DNA of 63,948 bases, the filler included, from Platydemus manokwari (Eukaryota), in NCBI GenBank assembly GCA_037951405.1. It is 6 parts of 6 records of this genome, joined end to end, with 100 filler letters (N's around TTAATTAATTAA, not from the genome) between each part and the next. Parts side by side here need not be neighbours in the genome. Positions count along the whole stretch, not along the records: positions 37,029 to 46,055 come from JBBMOY011312427.1; positions 46,156 to 55,272 come from JBBMOY011297317.1; 4 more parts are not named here. One strand, 5' to 3'. Positions 42,729 through 55,372 of the stretch are shown here, piece by piece. Numbering within the stretch: position 1 is the stretch's first letter; every line of letters starts with the position of its first letter. Below the pieces are notes generated by a model that worked only from the letters and a program-made list of their open reading frames with translations, ran no database searches and was not told where the DNA came from. The translations under genes and the position numbers were made by a program.

Positions 42729-43480
42729 ATGGATATCATTAATACTCATCATGTACCTTATCGAAAACATCTTAGCCATGATGTTGTATTCTTATCGATA
42801 TCAAATTTATCAAATCACACTGTCAGCATATGGGCAAGAACAAGTAGATAAAGTTGACGAAAATATCGCGTCGATTTCGCTCGCAGTTTGACAAATCCAA
42901 CAATTTATTCTCTAATAATTAAATATTCAGATCGCATCATCCCTAAACCCCTTTCATTTAACTATGAAATAAAGAATTCGATAAAGAATAACCAGAAGAC
43001 AATCAGAGACACGTACTGAGTAACTGCTCATTGTTGTTTAGCATGCGATGGACCAGGTAGAATTAGCTACTTTGAATTTTATTTAATAACTCGATCATTT
43101 TTTCTTGCCATTGTTTATTCTGTAAAGTGTTCACCATTCAAACCATACCTTGATCACTATCAATCATCATTCAGCCAACCTCTCATCATCACCTGCTAAT
43201 TAAACGACAACAATTTGTTCTACTCCTAATCTGAACATAAACTTCTTCTTCTCAAGAAAAATATCACAATTGAGGTAAGTACCATTCGCTAAACAATAAT
43301 TAGACTTCTAATAACCATGGGTATTTATTCTCCTAAACCTGTCAAGATTGCATGCCAAGACTGGCCTCAAAATTTGAACTATCCCACTAATCCAGTGTTC
43401 CCTGTGCTAATGCAAAGAGCAACTGAATTCTAAATAGGATTACTACCTCAAACAATCTCTCATAATTCGACGACTTAAAA
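42729..43480 (+). pseudogene. Decayed ORF of unknown origin
   Basis: Long coding-like frames with sparse stops (MDIINTHHVPYRKHLSHDVVFLS..., HCCLACDGPGRISYFEF..., MGIYSPKPVKIACQDWPQNLNYPTNPVFP...). Confidence 0.3.
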
Positions 43481-45150
43481 TTGAAGCAATCATATAACTG
43501 ACCCGGACCACTACCCAACAAAATATACCACAGAAGAGTCAAATTATACTCTAATTTGAAGCATTTTTCTTCCAGTTAAGAGTTTTGGTTTTGTATAGGT
43601 TTGCCATTATCAATTAGATTATCATTGACCTCATCTATCAAGTTGAAATATTTGGAATCAATAAAACCCTAGCCAACAGATTTGATAAAAATCTAAGGAC
43701 AGTAGTGTTCAAAAGACTAATAATCAATTACCTTTCATTGAATTCTTAGTGCAATCAATTTGACAACATCAATCTTGCAACCTCATCTCAGTCCATCATC
43801 ATAAATTAAAAAACAACTTTGGTTGTACCAAAATTAGATGCTCAAGACTACAATTGAGTTTCAGATAGATTCCTCATCCGTATTCGGAAGACGTTAATGA
43901 AAACAAATAAATAACTTTTAAAGTCGACGTGAGGGATTTCATGATCTGATAGAAAAATCAATCTTAAAATGAATAGGAGTGTTTGAAAAAAAATGTATTA
44001 TTAAGTTCTTAACAATGATTTTTCAACGACTTTGTTTTTAGCAATATCTGAAATGTAATTCTGTCAGACAGTATAATATTCAATTTATTTTCATTTTGCT
44101 CCTAATTCGAGATTCGACATTTCACGTTGTATTGTTTCAATGTGGTTTTCCTAATGCATTTTTCCTTATACATCTTTGCCGATAAAAAAATGAAGTCAAA
44201 TGAATCCTAGACATATATTGTACAGAGCGATAACTAATGCAATAACCATATTTCTTCATATTTTGATTTAAACTTGTTCTAAAATAAACTTTTCAATTTT
44301 GTTCCGTGCATTTCGTAAATCTACATAGTTTATTTAAAAATGCTCCTTTAAAAGATTTAAAACATTTTATATAAGTACTTCAGAAGAATTTTAGCTCTTT
44401 AAAATTAAATATTAAATACACTTGAGCTTCAAAATCTACTAAAATTTGATTTTTATTATCACAGTTTACGAAGTCCATTTATAATTAAAGGTTATTTAAA
44501 TTTAAAAACACTGAAAGTCGTACAGAGGTGTTCGAATTTTTTAAGGAACTGGATTTAACAATTCTATCTAGTTCCTATTCGACATCAGCAAATGAATGGC
44601 AGATAAATCAATTTTCACAAAATGATAAAACCCTCAAAAATGTTTATTTAAAGTAATTTATTTTTATATAAAATTTGTTTATTTCTTGATGTTTTTTCTT
44701 TTCTATTTCAAAGTCAAGGTGTGACAATCCTGGAGGAAAATATCGCACGGCGTTCTTACGGATGCTTTCCAAACTTAGGTTAATAACATAGCACATTGAG
44801 TCATTTTAAGATCTTTGTGAAGATTCCGATAACTGAGACATTTATATTCAAAAACATTAAATTGTGATTGTTGTTTTTCGGAAGGAATTTGGCTATTTTT
44901 ATTCTTTTACATCTAAAATTGAATTTTAAATATCATTAGAACATCATAAATAAATTTATGAAATTAAATAATTATTAATAAATTAAAAAAAAACATTTCA
45001 TTAAAATTACATCAAAAGAATCTTTTATATTAATTTCAGCCAGATTTTCTGATTTTTAAATAGACTGCTGATTATCGAAAGTTAGAATTAACATTTCATT
45101 AATTTAAACGCCGTAGTAATTGCAATTAATGATATTATTAAATGATATTA

Positions 45151-45630
45151 CTATATTCCTTCTACTAACATCTATTTCAGGGTAATTGAAAAATTGTGGC
45201 GGTTAAGAGGAGTTTTTTCTAAGAACAATAATAAAGAAGAACTCTAATGAAGTTTTTATTTTTTATCATTGGAAAAATTAGACGATAAAGAAGAATTGGT
45301 GATTGGGAGGAGTGGCGGTTAGGAGGAATTGTTGATTAGGAGGAGTGGCGGTTATGAGGAATTGGTGGTTAGGAGGAGTGGCGGTTATGAGGAATTGGTG
45401 GTTAGAAGGAGTGGCGGTTATGAGGAATTGGTGGTTAGGAGGAGTGGTGATTAGAAGAAGTTGCGGTTATGAGGAGTGGTGGTTAGAAGGAGTTGCGGTT
45501 ATGAGGAATTGGTGGTTAGGAGGAGTGGCGGTTATGAGGAGTGGTGGTTAGAAGGAGTTGGGGTTAGGAATAGAGGCGGTTCGGATGAATTGGTGGTTAG
45601 TAGGTATGGTGATTAGGAAGATGAATATTG
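45151..45630. mobile_element. MITE of the same family as 7153-7288, carrying an internal 33-bp G-rich minisatellite
   Basis: Left end TATTCCTTCTACTAAC, shared interior GGGTAATTGAAAAATTGTGGCGGTTAAG.GGAGTTTT, right end TTAGGAAGATGAATATTG. From 45296 to 45620 there are tandem GGAGGAGTGGCGGTTATGAGGAATTGGTGGTTA units. Confidence 0.75.
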
Positions 45631-46055
45631 GATATATTTTTATCACTAATTATTTTATTCTTAATTATAATTATCACAATCATTATTAATGGTGATATTA
45701 TATTATTTTTATATTTATTTTATTATTATTATTCTTAATAATATTTTTATTGTCCTTTTAATAATTACTTTATATTTTTTTCAAAGTAATTATATTCACA
45801 AATAAAAAGCAAACTAAATAATAGAAACGATTCAGTAAAACAAATTAATTACAGATAATTTCAAAAAACGTTTATCATTCAATTTTCTCAACAATTATTA
45901 GATAATTAAAGATGTAATAAATACACTAATAGCAGTTTTTATGCTTATTGTAAAAAATAAAACTACAATGACCTGAAAATAAGCAATATATCAATTGATT
46001 TTCGATTTTATCAAATTAGAATTTATTATCATTGATATATTAACGGAATTAATGA

Positions 46056-46155
46056 NNNNNNNNNNNNNNNNNNNNNNNNNNNNNNNNNNNNNNNNNNNNT
46101 TAATTAATTAANNNNNNNNNNNNNNNNNNNNNNNNNNNNNNNNNNNNNNNNNNNN
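46056..46155. other. Artificial contig linker
   Basis: N44-TTAATTAATTAA-N44. Confidence 0.97.
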
Positions 46156-47996
46156 TAGAAAGGCTTTTATACTTAATTGTTGAATAATAAATGAGGAAAT
46201 TGTTGCTAAATAGTTTCCTTTATTGATTTTACTTATTTTCATAATTATCAATCTTTGTGAAAATTTATTTCATTTTCAAGAATTAATAATTTCGAAATTA
46301 TTAATTACAGCCAATTTTTCTAAAAGCCATAGACTTATTATTGTATCGTAGCCATGTCCTGAGCAACTTTTAAAAATAATATTGTAAGTAGCAATTAATA
46401 TAATGGTATCGGATTCTAAAATGATAATATATAATTTAAATTATTATCCAAAATTTAATTCCATAAAATTTCTTAATTATTCATCAAGTTAAAGGATCAA
46501 ACTTCTTCAAAAGGACAAACTTCTTTACAAACTAATATTTCCTTTGTAAATTTGTTGTACAATATTTTAAAATTTTATTTTTATATTTAAATATTTAAGA
46601 TAATAAATTAAATATTGAATTTATTCTTGGACCAATTTGAAAAACTTGTTCATACGAAAACTAGTGTGATTCTTAACTTTTTTAAATGTACTCCGGATTT
46701 CTGTAAACGTATTTTGTATATAATAAAATGAATAAAATTTAAAATTACTTGTTAAATTTATAATTATTAGAGAAATTAACTGGAAAAATAATTAAATAAC
46801 TTTTGAATCATTTTTCTGGTTATATTCTTGTTGACGACCCAGTAAAACAAAAAACATAGGTTTGATAAATTAAGTTAAAGTGATATTTTACTTACATGCC
46901 CTGATTATACAAGGAAAACAGTTTTTCTTATAATCAATTCCAAAAATAAAATGAAAATATATCATATTCATGAGGTAATAAATGAATATAAAGAACTTGC
47001 CCAACCTAACTTGATTTCTAAAAGTTTAAAGCGAATCTTAAAAGTTTGTTACGACAATTTAAAAGGTTATGATGGTAGCTAATTGAGAAATAATTATCAT
47101 CACAAAAGCTTGTTGCAATGTTGATATATATAGCAAACACTATAGTCAATTAGTTGAAAGCTTTTACGGGCCAAATGTTTTCTAGTTTATTTCATTTTTA
47201 TTTTTTAACTAAGTCAATAAATTTAAATTCTAAGCGATTTGAAGCACAATGATATAACCTTATTCGGACATCTTTAATAATCATAGATTTTTTAAAAGTG
47301 ATCTTGAATTTTATTAGTACATATTTAATTTTAATATCTAAATAAAGAAGCTGTTCTTATAGAGAACTAACGATATAATCACGGTTAAATAATAATGACA
47401 ACCACAAGCATTTAAAGATAATAATAATAATACGCATCTCAATCGTTGTGATAACCTCAAAAGTCGGTAGGGATTGAAAGAGCAAGAATCCAATAATTTT
47501 TTACCAAAAAAAATAATATTTAATTCTTATTTCATCACACCAACTATCAAAGAACTACTAATAAAATCTATAGCGCAACAAATACATCTCCACAAAACTC
47601 CTGTAGTAAACCATTTGTTCATTTCAATAAGTCCACAATACAACTGTTTTTCGATCAAAACAATCAACCCACCCGATCATATTTACTGGACATGTACGGA
47701 ATTGACACACATTAATTATTTTACAAATATTTAGTTACGGCTTTAAAACATAAATAATGTGAATTCTATAAAATAGATGCACAGTAAACTACAAAGAAAT
47801 TATTAACAATCATTAAACAAAATTGATTAATATGTATGTACAGATGAAGAAAATCACTTTCACAAGGTTGACACACAAATATAATAGCTTGTATTGATTT
47901 ATATAGCTGATCAATATTATCTGGCAAAGATTTAACCAATGATAATAATTCTATATTGTAACCAAAAGTAACACTCATTAAAACAAAAGGAAATCA

Positions 47997-49317
47997 TCAC
48001 AAATAATTTGTATAAATTTTGTCGAATTGTAACCACAGTGTCCAGAGAATTTCTTCCATGACAATTTCACCGAAATTGATCTCAATCAATTTCAAAATAA
48101 ACATGCCATCCATTTTCAAATACCGACTTTTGAACTCATCAAATTTCAGTCCGATCTCAATTTCATTGGACAATACCAATTCGTCATGATTATCCATGGT
48201 TTCATGGAATCGAAATTGTTCCATTTTGGAAATCATATTCCAATCGATATGTTTCTCGAAATATTTACACCGTTTAACTTTGCAAAGAAAAACAATCCAA
48301 TATATCCAACTGTACCCCATCAGAATCAATCCAAGAATTATCCAAAACCAAATCAAAATCACAATTTTCTCATAAACGGAATTCGCCGGTAATACGCACT
48401 GGATTTTACCAAAAACAATATCTTCTTGAATTCCTTTCGTTATATCGCACCAAGTCAATCTCGGAAACGAACCGGAATATTCCCACTGAACACCTGTGAT
48501 GAAATTAATCAATAATTTCAATCCAAACCCAATTGTATTCTCTTGAATCATTATCTGAATGACATACAACAGTACAAAAGAATTTATCGAGCACAACAAT
48601 TTGATAAAAAAATATCCCAACATCATAATATTTCCTTCGAAATTTATGTGATAATTAAACGATATGTCTTCACCATGTTTTACTTTTCTTAATAAATATA
48701 TACTGGTGAATAATTTCCCAATGTATGTCATGGCTTCCGATGTGTTTTTATAGTCTTTATTGAGTTTGACAACAGATTTTATGATATTATTGATATCGAG
48801 TCGATACCAAGATAAAATAAGACCCCACACAATAATTGGTATACTTGACAAACCAGCAAGCAGCAGAAAAAAGTATGGCATCCATTGATAATAGTCTGCA
48901 AAAATCGATTTTTAATTTTCATGATGTATAAAAATTTTGACGTGTAAAATTAATTTAAAAATCACAATTTATTTATTTACTTATTTTTTCGATTGCACTA
49001 TTTGAAGCATTTTCGTACCAACGTATATATGTTCCTTCAATGAAACATAATTTATTACTATATTCAATCCATGATTCACTCCATTCAAGTGGTGTAGCAC
49101 ATGATATTTGAACGAAAAATAGCAATTTAATTAGGGATAATAGTGCAAAAGCAATGAACAAAATCGGTGTGAGCTTTTTCGATTAATATGCTTATAAGAT
49201 TAAATAAACCAAACTTACTTTCATATTGACGTGATCGTAACAATCATATGGGGATTCGTGATATAAATTAATGTCATGTAAATATGATTTTAACATAGTG
49301 AAAGGAATAAAAACCAT
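47997..49317 (-). CDS. inx: Innexin (gap-junction protein), divergent, 396 aa
   Basis: Exons 49317-49219, 49173-48981 and 48895-47997 (1191 nt). Signature YYQWMPY, EL1 cysteines (ISCATP, LCFIEGTY), EL2 (FPRLTWCD, QCVLPAN.VYEKI..IWFW), C-terminal 'YLKMDGMFILKLI', four hydrophobic segments. Confidence 0.93.
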
Positions 49318-50459
49318 TTTAAATTTCAATAAATTAAAAAATTGAACGAATAATTTAGTTTTAAAAAATAAATAATATGAAGACCTTGAGATTAAATTAT
49401 TGATCACGGTGCACTACTTTTAATTAGATTATTAAAACATCACTTATGCCGTTTCCTTTAAAGTACATAAAAATTCTCTTTTAATTGTGTGATAATCAGA
49501 AATATTAAATAGTTCATTTACGAAAGTTTAGAAATTCCAAAATCTAATCATAAAATAAATTTTCAATACTTCAGTTTAAGAAATACAATTATTTCGAGAA
49601 ATTGTGTTAAGTGTATGAACTTGAGCATATTCATTTTTGCAGCAACTTGAAATAATTTATAAAGTTATTATACTCTTCACAGTTTACTTTATAATGTTAT
49701 TTTAATTATTTTTTTCATCATGGCGACATTAAACAACAGATATAGAATAATTTAAATTTTAAAGAAATTATATTTTAATATGAAAATTAAAAACTATTAC
49801 TTAGAATAGTTAATAATAATTTCAATAAAGGTTTTTCATACAATTTCCCTGTAAAATAAATTTTTTAGAAAATTAAATTTTAAATTACAATTTTAGAAAA
49901 CATAAATTAAAATTAAATTATAAAATCGAATCATACTCTAAAATTCATTACAGTGAAATTAAGTCAATGGACTCTTTCTTAAATTAAAACAAGGAGGAAT
50001 TTCATATTTCCATTTCAGAAATGATGACATTCTGTTTATCCTCAACTTAAGCAAATCTCCATTTTATTACTTTATAAATTTGGGTCATATATTTGTGTAC
50101 ATGTATAAAGGTATAATTTAAATTATAAACTAAAATTATTAAATAGGGAAAAATTATCCAGTAAAATTATCTCATTGCGTGATTATAAATAGAATTTTTT
50201 TCACAACAGAATTTATAGTATATACATTACGAAGAATTCAAATGTTGATTCTTGTCTACTTACAACGTGTGTGTGAGATTTTGAAGGACTATATCAATAT
50301 ATATCTTGAAATGATATCATTTACCTTTGATGAAACAGTTGATGCAAATAATAACATAATAAATAATGATTTCCATTTTCTACACGATGAAATTAACAAT
50401 TTACAAATAGCTTAGAATAATTTAAAGGAATAATTTTCTTTAAATTAGTCAAATCATTC

Positions 50460-50660
50460 TGTTATTTATATTAAGAACAAGGTTAATAATCAGATTACAA
50501 CGGGATCGACACTCAAAAGATTAAACGAAAATAGAAACGACAAACATAAAGATCGGTCATTAGAAATACCAGGCAAACAAGTCAGATAACAACTACAGAT
50601 CAAGAAAGATTGGTAGTTACTTCTCAAATCTGACTCCTTTTATAAATCTACTGGGTTAAA
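50460..50660 (-). repeat. Dispersed repeat, probable solo-LTR fragment (copy 2)
   Basis: Colinear similarity to 6843-7050; begins TGTTA on the + strand. Confidence 0.55.
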
Positions 50661-53600
50661 TTAAGTTAAATAAATTTGGCCAGCCTTTTGATTTAATGTC
50701 TTCTTAAGAATTATTCTATGGATATTTTAATTTTCATAAAGGCACGAAATGAACTGTCTTTGAAAGTGAAAACCCAAATATCGATTAAATAATTATCAAT
50801 AAGAAAGGCAGTTAAACAAAATCAAAAAATTTTATCAGATTTTGCAAAATTAAATTGAATTGACAAGAAAGTCATCTTAACTGAATTTAATTATGGTCTT
50901 GAATCATTTTTTTATGGATATTTCTCAGTTTTTAACATTGTGTAATATCTAGATTATAGTCATACTTAAAAAATATCTTTATTAAAATTATGATACATTA
51001 GAATGATATTAAATATAAAATTCTAAGTCTGAATTGACTCGTTTTTAACCAACTCCATACTCTTAGTGTTTAAGTTTTATTAACAAATGTTTGTCTCCAA
51101 TTTTCGGATTGTCGTTGATAATTTGATTGAAAGTTATGAAAATTAAGAATGAAATTCTAAAAATAATAATTTATTCTAGTAAAAACTACAATTTTTTTTA
51201 CAGAATTTTTATGGAATTTATTAGCTGAGGCTCCATGACTCAATTCCCCTAATTGATTATTCAAACTATTAGTTAAATAGATTGGTAGCATTTTAAAACA
51301 GTGAAATGATTTGTATAAAAAAATCAAAAATAGAAAATAAATTACTTAGATATAGAAATGTTATTTGCGGCTATTTATATTTGAGCTATTTATCCTGCAA
51401 ATTTGCTTGTTAGCTCAAATTACTAACTTTGACTGTCCTGTTTCAGTTCTCTGCCGATCGATGTCAACTACCATGTATTGAGCGATGTGTTTATACTCGT
51501 TTTGTGAATGCTAAATCGTACATCCTTAAGCTTTATCTTTAATGCATTATTAGTATTTATTTTATTTATTCGTGTCTATTCCTGAAATATTATTACTCTT
51601 TTTGGTTACTTAAAAATCCGTTCTTGTTTATGGACGCATTTAATATAATTACTAAATATTAGTTCGTTTTTATTTTATAAATTCTGTTGTTTTTACCTAA
51701 TAATAGTGTGAGCTCTATTTTATCAGATTCATTTTTTTGTTAAAGCTGATTTCATTTCTTTTTGACTTTTCATTGAATTTCTTCTATTATCATCTTTTTT
51801 ATAGATAAATTATATGTAGACAATGCTCAGATGAATAGTTATATATAGATTTATTACCACTGAAATAATAATTTATTTATTTATAAAATTTATTTTATGC
51901 CTTTGTTATTATTAATTAAAAATATACATCATTATTATAATAAAAAACGAATTAGAAAACACGGTACATATAATCAAAAACATATGTTTTACCGAAGTAT
52001 CAAGACTGGAAAGGGTATCAACATTATGTTTTTAGATTTGAAAGCTCAGTTCGTTGAGGTATAACGGCTTCGTGTCCTAATTCTGCCATACGCCTCTCTG
52101 CCTTTTCCATACCGTTACTTAAGTCAGCATTGTTAGTCACACTTTGTGTATTAGGCCAACATTGTTGTATTGATGCAAAATATGGTTAAAATGAGTAATT
52201 ACGAGGAAGTTGGTGTTGTGAAAATCAAATATCGTGATCCTCGCTATCTTTCCGAAAGGTACTACTCCTGACGTTCTGTTAAAATTCTTTATACGATAAG
52301 AATTGTTAACAAGAATCCAACATTAATTTTTTGTTATTTTTTACATATTCGATTCATTCAAGTCATTGAGAACTATCATTGTGAGTAATAAATTTAATGA
52401 ATATCAATGACTCTTCCATTTGTGATAGGAACATTTACTTTTTCACACATAATACTGATGGGGGTACTCATTCGCACTTCAGCAATAATATTAACAAAAA
52501 ATTATGAGTCAGAACATTAGAAAAATAAATAAATGATATCTAATAAATAAGTTATGTAATAGCATTCTAAAATTTTAAAAAATAAATTGTAAACCCCAAA
52601 AATAGTAATCAAGAAATGCAAAATTAAAAAAGAAAGATGAAAAAGGCTAAAGAAAGAAATATTAAATAATTATAAATATAAGAAGAATTAATAACAAAAA
52701 TTCTCAGTACTTTAATCAATCGATTATAACACCCACAGTTTGTAGAAAAACACTTCCGTGTTATCAATTGAATTAACTTACTTGCAGAATAACCCTCGTT
52801 GTTTCCTGCGATTGTAAATTAAACAGAAGAAAACTCAATTAGCTTTTTAAGCAAAACATATAAAGAGGAACAATTAGCGAAAAATCATTATCTGAATAAT
52901 GAAATGTGGATCATTAGAACTGGTTCAAATGTTCATAAAAATACAAATAATTCGCTCTAGCATAATCTTATACAAAGATAATTGTAGATTTATTAATTTT
53001 CGTATTATTTCTAAAAGTTATGTTTCGATTTTAAAATATCTATCTCGAGATTTCAAATTTAACACAGTCCAATAAAAGTATAAATAAAAATTCAAATTTA
53101 ATTAGTCACGGAACAAACCCCTGGATACTGATTGTTTAGGCCTAACGGTTTTCAAGTCTCTAGTGACACCAGACATAAGAGCTACCTCCCTAAAATTGTT
53201 CGATCTTAATAGAACCACTTACAATAACATTCTAATTAATCCAAATAATAAAAAATTCCATGTTTTTATCAACATTTTATTGTCAATTTTTAAGTCAATT
53301 TTATCATTATTGTTGTAATGACTGTTGAATTTATTTTTAAGTTATCCATATTTCATTTATTTTTAATATTTATTCAGTAATTTTATTTCAATCTTAAATC
53401 TTTGTGAAACATAATTTAATAGGACACTGATTTTGGAGTCAGATTTTAAATAAATTTTGGAACACATAACTTACAAACTGTTAATTTATATTTAAAACTT
53501 AAATTTTAAACCCATGATATCGTAACAATACGGTGGTTATCAGACATTGCTTCAATATTTACCTTTCGATTTTATTATCAATAAACATTTTTGTATTATC

Positions 53601-55272
53601 TGACATTTTATGATTTTTTATTTCATACTCAACTTCGTCAAATCGATAAACATTGATAGATAAAATACAATTAATAAGAACATGCTCGAACAATTTCAAT
53701 TACTAACCTAAAATCATATAGTAACCAACTCCACATAGCTAACTCAATTCAACTAAGGTTTCATTTATCTCGTTAAATCGTATTATAATATAATTCATAA
53801 ATTGGTCTTCATACTATTTATAGAAGTCCCTCTGGGATAAAAACAGAATTCACTATTATTTCATCTTAATACATTATAAATTATTCATTAAATTCATAAA
53901 AAATCGTTCAACATATTATGAAGTAATTATTTTTTATTAGCTAATAATTGTAATGCAATCGAACTATATTACTCAATCAAAATGTTAAGTAAATGAATTT
54001 AAATAGTTTGATAACTTATACATAATACGTATTAATCGTTTTACATTATTTTTGACTCTAACAGTAAAATAAAAACAAATCACTTCATCGCAGTAGAAAC
54101 TTAAATAAACTCAATTCACTGATATTACTTAAGTTGGAATAAATTTTCTATTCACCTCTCTATTTGAGTTTCGATATGTATTTAAATACAATTCCTATTG
54201 ATACGCGTAATATTTTACTTTGTATAAAATAGGTTTTGCTTCACAACTCCGTAGAGAATCTCTCAGGTCTACTAAAAGAAAAAAATTTCCTTGTCCTTTA
54301 TAGAATTATTTTCTTTTGAATAAATTATATGATTTAATCCATTGAGTTTTGAAACCAATGTGATTTGTGGATTTGGCCTGATTAGATGGTTGCTAATGTT
54401 CAGATCGAAGATGTGGGGAATGTGATTTGCAAGTAATTCAAATTGAAAGAAATGGAATGCAGAAACGTTTAGAAAAGTTTTCGATCAAACTTTGAAGGAA
54501 TATATAAATAGAAACTATTTTGCAAGAAAAAGACAGCGACAATGGTTAATTTATCTTGGACAATCCGTTCGTGGAAGTTATCAAATAAAACTCAATTTCA
54601 CTTCAATCGAAATTTTTTGTGAAGAAAAAGTAAATCCATCTATTTTCAGAACTTTTAACAGATATATTACATTTCTTGACGTATCGATTGTGAAACTTAA
54701 GATTGAATCCAATTCACCATCAAATTAAATATCAATTAAACTCAGCGCAAAAACGTGGGCATCGAAATAAGAGTCATATTCATAAAATCGTTATATCTGA
54801 ATTGAGCAAAGTACAATAATGATGGAATTATAAGGTGACTAAAATCAAAAATAGATTATCCATGATTTTATCCATTAATAATTTCAAATAATTAGAAGTC
54901 AATGATTCCTACAAGGCTTTAACAACCCTAGGATTAATATTTGTGTGTAACAAGCCAAATTAATATGAATAATAAATAACAATTAGAGAGATAATAAATA
55001 TATTTAGAGTATTACAAACTAATAAATATCTAATACTATATTTAAAAGGTAAGTGTCGTAATCCCAAAACAATAACAATCGGCCAAGGGAACAAAGTGGA
55101 CTCTATTTTAATGTAAAATTAAATAAATGATTTTCTGCTTCAACAAATTTCCAGGACTTTGTGGAAACTAAGTTTAAAAAGTTATAAACAATCTCTTTCC
55201 GGAGATTGACGTAATCTGTGCAAGAATATAATAGATATAATTTACTATTATTTCAGTTGAGTAGAACATAAT

Positions 55273-55372
55273 NNNNNNNNNNNNNNNNNNNNNNNNNNNN
55301 NNNNNNNNNNNNNNNNTTAATTAATTAANNNNNNNNNNNNNNNNNNNNNNNNNNNNNNNNNNNNNNNNNNNN
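55273..55372. other. Artificial contig linker
   Basis: N44-TTAATTAATTAA-N44. Confidence 0.97.

Noticed and set aside
45345-45551. 68-aa ORF of MRNWWLGGVAV repeats
   Set aside because: By-product of the 33-bp minisatellite inside a MITE.
54492-54728. 78-aa + strand ORF
   Set aside because: No ATG start, no recognisable domain and no linked exons; cannot be supported from sequence alone.
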